Assembly: GCA_043816125.1 (NCBI GenBank)
Contig: JBDRIF010000045.1
Location: forward strand, 1-48,886
DNA: 48,886 nucleotides
From: a bacterium
Lineage (GTDB): Bacteria; Margulisbacteria; WOR-1; O2-12-FULL-45-9
Direction: 5' to 3'
Both the position numbers and the translations under genes were made by a program. A model generated the notes under the pieces. It made no database searches, was not told the origin of the DNA, and was given only the letters and a program-made list of their open reading frames with translations. Positions 1 through 7,438 of the stretch are shown one piece after another. Positions within the stretch are counted from its first letter, which is position 1. Every line of letters begins with the position of its first letter.

Positions 1-437
1 CGGCCACGAAACTCATCTTCGCCAGGGACCCCAATCTTGGCTGCTTCGGTCCCCGAGGCGACAATCAGTGCCTTGGCGGTGTAACTCTTGTCGTCAACAA
101 TGACGGTAAATTCATTTTTGCTGTTCTTTATACTCTGAACAATTCCCCAGGTGACGGTTACTCCTAGTTTTTTGACCTGGTTTTCCATCTGAGCGCCCAG
201 ATCCATCCCCGAAATCCCTTCAGGAAAGCCGGGATAATTCTCGATGTGAGAAGTGGTTGTGACCATCCCACCCATGATCATCTTTTCGATAATCATCACT
301 TTTAGCCGCGATCTGGCCGCGTATAAGGCAGCCGTTAAGCCGGCCGGCCCGCCGCCGATAATAATAATATCCCAGTCTGGTGATTTTTTGTTGTGGATTA
401 GTTTTGGTTTAGGCCTGGTTTTTAATTGTGTTGTCAT
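1..437 (-). CDS. trxB: thioredoxin-disulfide reductase, N-terminal part (gene continues beyond window start)
   Basis: Runs off the left edge, so absent from the ORF track. My minus-strand translation from ATG 437..435 reads MTTQLKTRPKPKLIHNKKSPDWDIIIIGGGPAGLTAALYAARSRLKVMIIEK...TSHIENYPGFPEGISG...ALIVASGTEAAKIGVPGEDEFRG. GGGPAG FAD fold and ENYPGF motif are typical of TrxB. ATGA start/stop overlap with the upstream gene. Confidence 0.85.
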   Translation of the reverse strand, partial: MTTQLKTRPKPKLIHNKKSPDWDIIIIGGGPAGLTAALYAARSRLKVMIIEKMIMGGMVTTTSHIENYPGFPEGISGMDLGAQMENQVKKLGVTVTWGIVQSIKNSKNEFTVIVDDKSYTAKALIVASGTEAAKIGVPGEDEFRG

Positions 438-1456
438 TTAGCCAAATCCTCGTCTGTTATTACTACTTTCCCCTGTCCGATGACAGATATCTTTTTATCT
501 TTTAACGAGAGTCTAACTTTTTTTCCGGCCAAAGTATTTTCCCCTTGAGTCGCCCGGGCTTTGCCCGATAATATGATGGTCTGCTCTTCGGTAAAATATT
601 GAGCCGAATCCCCCCAGGCCTCAATATCCATATAGTTTACCTTAACGCGGTCAGAGAGCTCAAGGATGTTTTCGGCCTGCAGATATTTCATCTTACCGGC
701 CAGAATATTTGCCTCTTCCCATCTTATTTCCGGGGCTCCAGAGGCAATAATTTCGTCTTTGGGACTGATCACTTGAAAAGAGACAGCTTCCAGCGTTATT
801 GGCGACGAGTTTGTCGGCTCAATTGTTAAGACCGGCCGCCCATCAAGGATAATATTTTGTAATCCGACATCACTTGTCAGTCTGTCGGCCCGCCCGGTGA
901 TCTCCCCTTTGTTCAAAATGATATTGCCGCTGCAGATCAACTGCTGAGTGGCCAGTTTCCAGCTTAAATTCTTGGCTTGAAACCAGTAACCTGGGTTTTT
1001 GGCATAAAGTTTAGGCAGGTTAAAAATAGAGGCGGCTCCGGCTTTTTGTTGGGCCAATAACCCCTCGATTTTATCTTTTAAGCTGACGTCGTAACCCAAT
1101 GGCTGATCAAGAAAGATCTCCTTCTTTTTCATGTCCCAGAGAGCGATGGGGGAGTTGAAGCTTAAAACCGGTTTCCCATTCTGATAAAAATTCCCTTTGG
1201 ATATCTTCAAGGTGGAGAGTTGAGTCGATTTGTTGACCATTGCGGTTTCGGCGATTAATTGCCAGTATTTAATCCCGGCTACCACTTCTTCAAAGGAGAC
1301 CTGCTTAAAAGCCATATCGGCCTGGTTTTCCTGTTCTTTTAACGTCCGGTAGATCCGTTCAGAAATATCTTCTTTGGGGCTAAAAGCGACCCAAGCAAAG
1401 ATCCCGATAAAAAAAATAGTGATAGCGCCTAAGATGATTTTTGTGCTAAGTTTCAT
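434..1456 (-). CDS. membrane-anchored periplasmic LPS-transport protein, LptC/OstA(LptA)-like
   Basis: ORF 434..1513. Preferred start is ATG 1456 (MKLSTKIILGAITIFFIGIFAWV), giving one N-terminal TM anchor followed by a long beta-rich region. Sits next to heptose/LPS genes. Family call from pattern and context only. Confidence 0.5.
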   Translation of the reverse strand: MKLSTKIILGAITIFFIGIFAWVAFSPKEDISERIYRTLKEQENQADMAFKQVSFEEVVAGIKYWQLIAETAMVNKSTQLSTLKISKGNFYQNGKPVLSFNSPIALWDMKKKEIFLDQPLGYDVSLKDKIEGLLAQQKAGAASIFNLPKLYAKNPGYWFQAKNLSWKLATQQLICSGNIILNKGEITGRADRLTSDVGLQNIILDGRPVLTIEPTNSSPITLEAVSFQVISPKDEIIASGAPEIRWEEANILAGKMKYLQAENILELSDRVKVNYMDIEAWGDSAQYFTEEQTIILSGKARATQGENTLAGKKVRLSLKDKKISVIGQGKVVITDEDLAK

Positions 1457-2055
1457 TAAAACCCGAGAGCCTTTAGTCGAACAGCTTCCATCCGTTCTAA
1501 AAATCCGCGCCAACTATCCCCTTTTTTATAATAACCTTCGGCCAACAGTAGATGCAAAGCGGCGACATTGTTATCTATTGCCAGTCCTTTTTTTGTAAAT
1601 GCCATGGCCAGGTCAACGTTATCAAGCTCCCCATAGATTAAAGCTAGATAGCCATGGGCCCAGACATTATTTGGATCAATAATTAAGACGTTTTTTAGCT
1701 CTCTGACGGCATCTGTCCTCTGCTCGTTAAAATAGTAGGCAAAGGCGAGGCGAAAACGAAGTTTCCAATCGTTCGGCTCTGTGTTTACTTTTTCAATATA
1801 CAAGGGGAGGGCCCGATCTTTAAATGTCGGGTCAAGTTGGACGACTTTCTTCAAGAGAGACATCCCTTCGATGATGTTATTGGTATAGGCGTAGGTGATG
1901 GCCAGCTCAAAATTGGCTTGTGGATCGGTCGGATTTTGGGCCACAATCGCTTTCTTATCGGCAACCTCTTCTTTGAGCTCATTGGATATTCGCCAAGCCC
2001 GTGCGGGCAAGATACAAGATACAAGTAACAAGATACAAATGATTATTCTTTTCAT
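1456..2055 (-). CDS. secreted tetratricopeptide (TPR) repeat protein
   Basis: ORF 199 aa. Signal peptide MKRIIICILLLVSCILPARA, then repeated A..Y...G....A...F.KAL..DP-type TPR motifs (ANFELAITYAYTNN, WAHGYLALIYGELDNVDLAMAFTKKGLAID). TAATG one-base overlap with the downstream gene. Confidence 0.7.
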   Translation of the reverse strand: MKRIIICILLLVSCILPARAWRISNELKEEVADKKAIVAQNPTDPQANFELAITYAYTNNIIEGMSLLKKVVQLDPTFKDRALPLYIEKVNTEPNDWKLRFRLAFAYYFNEQRTDAVRELKNVLIIDPNNVWAHGYLALIYGELDNVDLAMAFTKKGLAIDNNVAALHLLLAEGYYKKGDSWRGFLERMEAVRLKALGF

Positions 2056-2057
2056 AT

Positions 2058-3509
2058 TTATTGTTTTGCCAGGATCTTCTCAACAATGTTTGTGGTGGAG
2101 CGGCCTTTGATCGGAGGGATAACGATCACTTTGCCGCCCAGAGATTCGACTAATTTGCGTTCGGGGAGCTGGCTGATCTTATAATCTCCCCCCTTAACAT
2201 GAATCTCTGGTTTAACTGCTTTAATTAGATTGTCAGGTCTCAATTCATCAAAAAGACAGACGTAGTCTACACATTCCAGAGAGGCCAGGACTTCGGCCCG
2301 TTCCATCTCCGAAACATACGGACGGTCTTTCCCTTTTAATTTTTTGACCGAACTATCGCTGTTGACGCCAACGATTAGCAGGTCACCAAGTTTTTTTGCC
2401 TCACTCAAATATCGCACATGGCCAAGATGGAGGATATCAAAACAACCGTTGGTAAAAACGATCTTTGCTCCCTGGAGTCTTAATTTGTCGGTAATCTTGC
2501 TGATCTCCTGTCGCTTCTTAATTTTTTTAGTGATCGGTTCGTGTCCCTCGATAGCTTCGGATAACTCGTCTCTAAAGCAGGGGGCGGTGCCGATTTTGCC
2601 AATGACGACCGAGGCGGCATAGTTGCCAAGAATACAGGCGGTCTTGATGTCGACTCCGGCCGCCAGGGAGAGGGAAATCGTCGCAATAACAGTGTCTCCG
2701 GCGCCGGTGATATCAAAGACCTCTCGAGGGACAGCCGGAATGTAGATTGCTTCATCTTCGGCAAACAACGACATTCCATCACGACCGCGGGTGATCAAGG
2801 CATATTTTGTGCCTGCCACATTGCGCAGGACAGCCCCCATCTTCATAATATTCTTTTCGCCGACAACGAGGAGGCGGGTGGCAATTGAAGCCTCTCTTAG
2901 GTTCGGAGTAATAATCGTCGCCCCTTGATATTTCTTGTAATCGACCCCTTTAGGGTCAACGGCGACCGGTTTTTTGTTCTTTTTGGCCAGGCTGATCAAC
3001 GCTTGGGCTGTTAGCTGATTGACCGCCCCTTTGCCGTAGTCGGAAATAATTACTCCATCAACCGCTTTGATCAATGATTGTAATTTTTTGGTGATGTTGG
3101 CAATTAGTTTGTCGGATAAAATTGTTCTGTCTTCCCGGTCGACTCGGACCAGATGTTGTGAAGAGGCGATGATCCTCGATTTCAAGATTGTCGGCCTGGT
3201 TCTGTCTATAATTAGGTTGCCGGCCGAGATATTTGACTCGCGTAATGCTTTGCGAAGTTTTTCACCCGAACTGTCGTGGCCGATAACGCCGACTAGAAGC
3301 GGAGTCCCACCCAGAGCTGTGATATTTGCCGCGACGTTGCCGCAGCCGCCGGGGACATGGTTAATCTGGATAACATCGGCGATCGGGACGGGGGCTTCGG
3401 GGGAGATGCGGGAGACTTTGGTCCAAATATGTTCATCAAGCATCAGATCGCCAAAGACCAAGATCTTCTTTCCTTTGAATTTGGGCAAGATGTTCTTGAG
3501 GCTTTCCAT
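2058..3509 (-). CDS. hldE: bifunctional D-beta-D-heptose 7-phosphate kinase / D-beta-D-heptose 1-phosphate adenylyltransferase
   Basis: 483 aa. N-terminal PfkB-type sugar kinase (GGCGNVAANITALGG ... DITGAGDTV). C-terminal cytidylyltransferase (FTNGCFDILHLGHVRYLSEAKKLGDLLIVGVNSD). Confidence 0.9.
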   Translation of the reverse strand: MESLKNILPKFKGKKILVFGDLMLDEHIWTKVSRISPEAPVPIADVIQINHVPGGCGNVAANITALGGTPLLVGVIGHDSSGEKLRKALRESNISAGNLIIDRTRPTILKSRIIASSQHLVRVDREDRTILSDKLIANITKKLQSLIKAVDGVIISDYGKGAVNQLTAQALISLAKKNKKPVAVDPKGVDYKKYQGATIITPNLREASIATRLLVVGEKNIMKMGAVLRNVAGTKYALITRGRDGMSLFAEDEAIYIPAVPREVFDITGAGDTVIATISLSLAAGVDIKTACILGNYAASVVIGKIGTAPCFRDELSEAIEGHEPITKKIKKRQEISKITDKLRLQGAKIVFTNGCFDILHLGHVRYLSEAKKLGDLLIVGVNSDSSVKKLKGKDRPYVSEMERAEVLASLECVDYVCLFDELRPDNLIKAVKPEIHVKGGDYKISQLPERKLVESLGGKVIVIPPIKGRSTTNIVEKILAKQ

Positions 3510-3512
3510 TCT

Positions 3513-4064
3513 TTATTCTCCCAAAATAGTTTTGACTGCCGCCATTAAATCTTCTGCAATTATATCAGGTTTGTTAGCTAAACGGTCAACCGTATGCAGT
3601 CCAGTTTTTACAAAAGCAGTCTTAGTTCCGGCATTTTTACCCGCGCCAATATCGCCATCCTTATCCCCAATCATCCAGGAATGAGCGAGATCAATATTAT
3701 GGTCTTTGGCCGCTTTTAGGAGCATCCCCGGATTCGGTTTTCGCAATTGGCTATCTTGTTTGTACGGGTAAATGCCGTGTTCGGCATGAAAAGGACAATA
3801 GTAAATACCTTCAATATAGGCGCCGTTGTTTAAGATAAGTCGCTGGATTGTTTTGTCGATTGTTTGTAACATATCTTCGCGAATTAAACCTCGGGCAATA
3901 CCAGCCTGATTTGTCACTATGATGATTTTGTAGCCGGCTTTATTTAGTAGTTTTATCGCTTCGAGTGAGCCGGGGATAAATTTGATATCAGCCGGATTGT
4001 TTAAATAGCCGACATCTTCGATTATCGTCCCATCGCGGTCGAGAAATACGGCCTTATCAGGCAT
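3513..4064 (-). CDS. gmhB: D,D-heptose 1,7-bisphosphate phosphatase (HAD-IIIA)
   Basis: ORF 3513..4196. Homology begins at MPDKAVFLDRDGTIIED (ATG 4064). Also IIIVTNQAGIARG and GDKDGDIGAG HAD motifs. 8-nt overlap with the gmhA stop. Confidence 0.85.
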   Translation of the reverse strand: MPDKAVFLDRDGTIIEDVGYLNNPADIKFIPGSLEAIKLLNKAGYKIIIVTNQAGIARGLIREDMLQTIDKTIQRLILNNGAYIEGIYYCPFHAEHGIYPYKQDSQLRKPNPGMLLKAAKDHNIDLAHSWMIGDKDGDIGAGKNAGTKTAFVKTGLHTVDRLANKPDIIAEDLMAAVKTILGE

Positions 4065-4632
4065 TAGGGAAAACCCCTTCCTCAACCAGCCCGCAGATGA
4101 TATGGCCGATGGTGATATGAGATTCCTGAATTCGGGGAGTGGCAGCCGAAGGGACGATGAGACTGATGTCGGCAGACTTTTTGAGAGTGCCGCCACCGCA
4201 ACCGAGTAGGGCGATGGATGTGCAGCCGAGTTCCTTTGCTTTGGCGAAAGCTAATTCAACATTTTTTGAATTACCCGAAGTGGAAAGACCCAAAACAACG
4301 TCTCCCTTTTTTGCCAAACCTTCAATTTGTCTGGCAAAAACAGTTTCAAAGCCAAAGTCGTTGGCCAGGCAGGTGAGAATGGTCGTATCGGTGGTCAGTG
4401 CAATAGCAGCCATCGCTGGTCGGTTTTTCAAAAAACGACCGATAAATTCGCCGGCAATATGTTGAGCATCGGCTGCCGAACCGCCATTGCCGCAAACCAT
4501 CAGCTTGTTGCCGTTCTTAATTGCTTTGATAATGACCTGTGTCGCTTCTTCGATTTGAGGGACGAGCTCTTTGATAACAAGATTTTTGACTTCAATACTC
4601 TCTTTGAGCCCTGAGACGATTTTGTTCTTCAT
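4057..4632 (-). CDS. gmhA: phosphoheptose isomerase (SIS domain)
   Basis: 191 aa; LMVCGNGGSAADAQHIAGEF and GLSTSGNS SIS motifs. Heads the gmhA-gmhB-hldE operon. Confidence 0.9.
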   Translation of the reverse strand: MKNKIVSGLKESIEVKNLVIKELVPQIEEATQVIIKAIKNGNKLMVCGNGGSAADAQHIAGEFIGRFLKNRPAMAAIALTTDTTILTCLANDFGFETVFARQIEGLAKKGDVVLGLSTSGNSKNVELAFAKAKELGCTSIALLGCGGGTLKKSADISLIVPSAATPRIQESHITIGHIICGLVEEGVFPNA

Positions 4633-4638
4633 TTCAAA

Positions 4639-4647
4639 ATTATATCA
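4639..4647 (-). promoter_or_regulatory. extended -10 box TGATATAAT, 6 nt upstream of the gmhA ATG (leaderless geometry)
   Basis: Reverse complement of 4639..4647 is TGATATAAT. Spacer tttgaa, then ATG (4632..4630). No SD. Confidence 0.55.
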
Positions 4648-4653
4648 TTATTT

Positions 4654-4719
4654 CGCTCATCTCGATACGCCGCTTCCCTTCGACGGTGCTCAGGGCAAGC
4701 GCGGCTACTCGATGAGCGG
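4654..4719. repeat. GC-rich hairpin repeat element, copy A1 (carries a ~23-nt internal insertion relative to the copy in rnfC)
   Basis: cgctcatctcgatacgccgcttc...gcgcggctactcgatgagcgg. The first 23 nt are identical to 35868..35890, and the 3' arm ctactcgatgagcgg is identical to 35895..35909. Terminal arms cgctcatc/gatgagcg are complementary. Confidence 0.75.
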
Positions 4720-4725
4720 ACGCTT

Positions 4726-4762
4726 CGGTCACTGAGTAGACGAAGTCGTATCGAAGTGACCG
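4726..4762. repeat. GC-rich hairpin repeat element, copy A2 (diverged, inverted orientation)
   Basis: cggtcactgagtagacgaagtcgtatcgaagtgaccg. 7-bp terminal stem cggtcac/gtgaccg. The reverse complement carries the same ordered core motifs (tcgatacg ... ttcg ... ctactc) as copies A1 and B. Confidence 0.6.
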
Positions 4763-4765
4763 ATA

Positions 4766-4774
4766 TGATATAAT
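4766..4774 (+). promoter_or_regulatory. extended -10 box TGATATAAT, 7 nt upstream of the asd ATG (leaderless geometry)
   Basis: tgatataat at 4766..4774, spacer aaaaatc, ATG at 4782. No SD. Confidence 0.55.
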
Positions 4775-4781
4775 AAAAATC

Positions 4782-5789
4782 ATGAGTAAAAAATATAACG
4801 TATGTGTCTTGGGTGCGACCGGAATGGTTGGTAAAGAGATGATGAAAGTCCTCGAAGAAAGAGATTTTCCTGTAGGTCGTTTTCTTCCGTTAGCCTCTGA
4901 AAGAACTGCCGGTCAAAAGGTTACTTTCAAAGGGAAAGAATACGTTGTTGAAGAAGCAAAGCCTGAATCTTTTGACGGGATGGATATCGGCCTTTTTTCG
5001 GCCGGAGCCAAAGTTTCGGCCAAGTTTGCCCCCGAAGCGGCCAAACGAGATTGTATAGTAGTTGATAATACCAGCCATTTTCGGATGGACCCTGAAGTCC
5101 CTCTCGTCGTTCCCGAAGTCAATCCCCAGGCGATCAAACGCCATAAAGGGATCATTGCCAACCCCAATTGTTCAACTGCCCAGCTGGTTTTGCCTCTAAA
5201 ACCGATCTATGATGCTGTCGGGATCGAACGGATTGTTATTTCAACTTACCAATCGACTTCAGGGTGGGGGAAAGAGGCGATCGCCGAGATGTATGAGCAG
5301 ACCAAAACTTTGCTGGCCGATCCGCAGGCAGTTATTACTCCCAAATATATTTTTAAGCAGATTGCTTTTAATCTGGTTCCGCAGATCGATCAATTTGCCG
5401 ATAATGGATATACCAAAGAAGAGATCAAAATGGTGAATGAAACCAAAAAGATCTTTGAAGATGATACGATTAAAGTTACCGCTACCTGTGTTCGTGTTCC
5501 TGTCGCAATCGGTCACTCCGAATCGGTTAACATAAAGACCAGAAGAAAAATTTCCGTCGAAGAAGTGAGGAAGTTAATCGCCGGATTCCCGACTTGTGTG
5601 GTGATGGACGATCCGTCAAATGGCGTTTATCCGACGCCGATCGACTGTGCCGGCAAAAATGAAACCTTTGTCGGCCGAATCCGTGAAGATATTTCGCAGG
5701 AAAACGGGATCGAAATGTGGATCGTCTCCGATAACCTCCGCCGCGGCGCCGCGCTTAATGCTGTTTTGATTGCGGAAAGACTGCTTTAG
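4782..5789 (+). CDS. asd: aspartate-semialdehyde dehydrogenase
   Basis: 335 aa; VCVLGATGMVG NAD fold, IANPNCSTAQLV active-site Cys motif, C-terminal DNLRRGAALNAV. Confidence 0.92.
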   Translation: MSKKYNVCVLGATGMVGKEMMKVLEERDFPVGRFLPLASERTAGQKVTFKGKEYVVEEAKPESFDGMDIGLFSAGAKVSAKFAPEAAKRDCIVVDNTSHFRMDPEVPLVVPEVNPQAIKRHKGIIANPNCSTAQLVLPLKPIYDAVGIERIVISTYQSTSGWGKEAIAEMYEQTKTLLADPQAVITPKYIFKQIAFNLVPQIDQFADNGYTKEEIKMVNETKKIFEDDTIKVTATCVRVPVAIGHSESVNIKTRRKISVEEVRKLIAGFPTCVVMDDPSNGVYPTPIDCAGKNETFVGRIREDISQENGIEMWIVSDNLRRGAALNAVLIAERLL

Positions 5790-7423
5790 GTCGTTTCTTC
5801 TGGATAATTTAGACTGATCATGCCGTCTCTTCCAATGAGCCAAGCATTGTTGTAGTGTCCCGGGTTAAACAAGACAAGATCTATGCCGCTACTTGACCAT
5901 TCAAAACCGAGTTGGCGCATCTTCTTGATCAGTTCTCCTCTTGTTGTCTGATTTGTTTCTAGAGAAGATAGTGTTATTACAACAGCTTCGGGAATACCGG
6001 CTTTTTTGCGAGTTGTCGACCAGACAATTCCCTCTGGTGGAGTGGGGTATCTGTTACGCAAATCATAAACACTTTGTCCTATGACGATAAACTCTCCATG
6101 GAAGTTTAAGTAATACCGTGCATTTTCTCTCGATAAACCTGTTCCTGCGGAAATTTGATCTAGGGTCTGTTTGCCGTTGGTTGTCAGGAATTGCCAAATC
6201 CGGTTAAAACTTCCCTTAGATAATTTTGTCAGACAAAAACGATCCTCCTCAATAGTAACTCTTGGGTGATGGGCGAAGATCTCTCTCAGTTCGGTTTCCA
6301 GGACTGCTATTCCCAACTGAGTTCTTAACTGCGTTCGATAATCATTGAATGACCAGGAGCTTCTGCCGCTGGGGGAAGGTTGTGATGGATTCAAATCGAC
6401 TAATTGCTGATAATCAACCTCGGTTCGACAAAAAGCTGGATTAGCAATTTTTGCATTGCTGACATTAATGCCAGTCTCCAAGTTAATGACGGTTGCCTGA
6501 TCGGCATCAATCAAGATATGGTCTACAGCTCGTGGTGTGACTGTCATAATATCAATTTCTGTCGAGGCGATTCGGAGCGGGCCGAGAGTATCCCAGCAAA
6601 TTGCGATGAGAGGCCCTAAAAGAGGGGCTTCGTTTTCTGCCAACACCTGCAGACCGAGTAAGCTTTCTCTTAGTCCTCTGAGGGTGACTATCGGCGAGCT
6701 GGCTAGAGACCAGGAGAGAATGATTGATAATGTGCGCCACATCGGTAAGAGGTGTTCGTGGAGGAGAGAGCCCTTCAAAAACTGCATTTTTGAACTGTCA
6801 ATATTGGCGTGTAGTGACTGTCTGTTTTGTATGCCAAATTCAGTCATGATCTCTCTAGGTGTAAAGTAATGTCCGGGTTGCTGAAAACCATAGTACATTC
6901 CAATTATGGCTTTATCTCTTTCCGAGATATTTGGTGCTGTTTTCAATAAGCGAGTTACCCTCTCCAGAGTAACAAGTGAGATTTCTGCTGCTCTGTTAAT
7001 AGTAAATTCGCGTGCTCCGGGCAGCCCGAGTAACCCGGGGTCTCTTGTCAGGATTGCTTCGCCAACCACCAAACATCTCTCTTCGCCGCTTCTAAATCTA
7101 TTGGAGGCACGCGTGGCTAAACCAAAGGTGTTTAGGGTAGGGGAAATGTAAACTGTTTCGACAAGGGTCCCTCTTCTCCTGAGCTCTTTTATTACCGCTT
7201 CAGCAAAGGTTTTGGTCGGAAGCAATGAGGTAACCTGAGACGAACTTCTAACACTTGCATGCCTTTTCCTAGCTACTTTTATTGGTGTGACCGGAGGGAG
7301 GTCTACTACAGAGGAATGGTGTTGGACTACCCTTTTAACTTGTCGTGCTCGGGCTCTGGTTTGAGCGTTATCGTTGTCTCTTTTTGCCTGCCAGCAGCGG
7401 GCCATTCTTAATAATTCTGTCAT
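5786..7423 (-). CDS. hypothetical multi-HTH protein, paralog 1 (sigma-70 region-4-like HTH + HARE-HTH-like + C-terminal winged-helix-like)
   Basis: 545 aa. Aa ~165-212 ISERDKAIIGMYYGF..TPREIMTEFGI resembles sigma region 4. Aa ~404-460 end in HGEFIVIGQSVYDLRNRYP, close to the HARE-HTH terminal motif of RNAP delta (GRFLAL..TWGLRSWYP). Collinear paralog of 7439..8977. Its stop overlaps the asd stop (convergent). Confidence 0.6.
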   Translation of the reverse strand: MTELLRMARCWQAKRDNDNAQTRARARQVKRVVQHHSSVVDLPPVTPIKVARKRHASVRSSSQVTSLLPTKTFAEAVIKELRRRGTLVETVYISPTLNTFGLATRASNRFRSGEERCLVVGEAILTRDPGLLGLPGAREFTINRAAEISLVTLERVTRLLKTAPNISERDKAIIGMYYGFQQPGHYFTPREIMTEFGIQNRQSLHANIDSSKMQFLKGSLLHEHLLPMWRTLSIILSWSLASSPIVTLRGLRESLLGLQVLAENEAPLLGPLIAICWDTLGPLRIASTEIDIMTVTPRAVDHILIDADQATVINLETGINVSNAKIANPAFCRTEVDYQQLVDLNPSQPSPSGRSSWSFNDYRTQLRTQLGIAVLETELREIFAHHPRVTIEEDRFCLTKLSKGSFNRIWQFLTTNGKQTLDQISAGTGLSRENARYYLNFHGEFIVIGQSVYDLRNRYPTPPEGIVWSTTRKKAGIPEAVVITLSSLETNQTTRGELIKKMRQLGFEWSSSGIDLVLFNPGHYNNAWLIGRDGMISLNYPEETT

Positions 7424-7438
7424 ATTCTTTTCCTGTTA

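Noticed and set aside
253-441. Plus-strand 62-aa ORF in the ORF track
   Set aside because: It is antisense to the clearly recognisable trxB reading frame (GGGPAG...ENYPGF on the minus strand). Its product is a low-complexity hydrophobic string.
3067-3684. 205-aa plus-strand ORF, and other long antisense ORFs (e.g. 36986..37348, 38941..39453, 15270..15662, 42028..42339)
   Set aside because: All lie fully inside confidently identified genes on the opposite strand (hldE/gmhB, rnfD, rnfA, the repeat protein gene, dnaB). They translate to low-complexity or Ser/Pro/Arg-rich strings.
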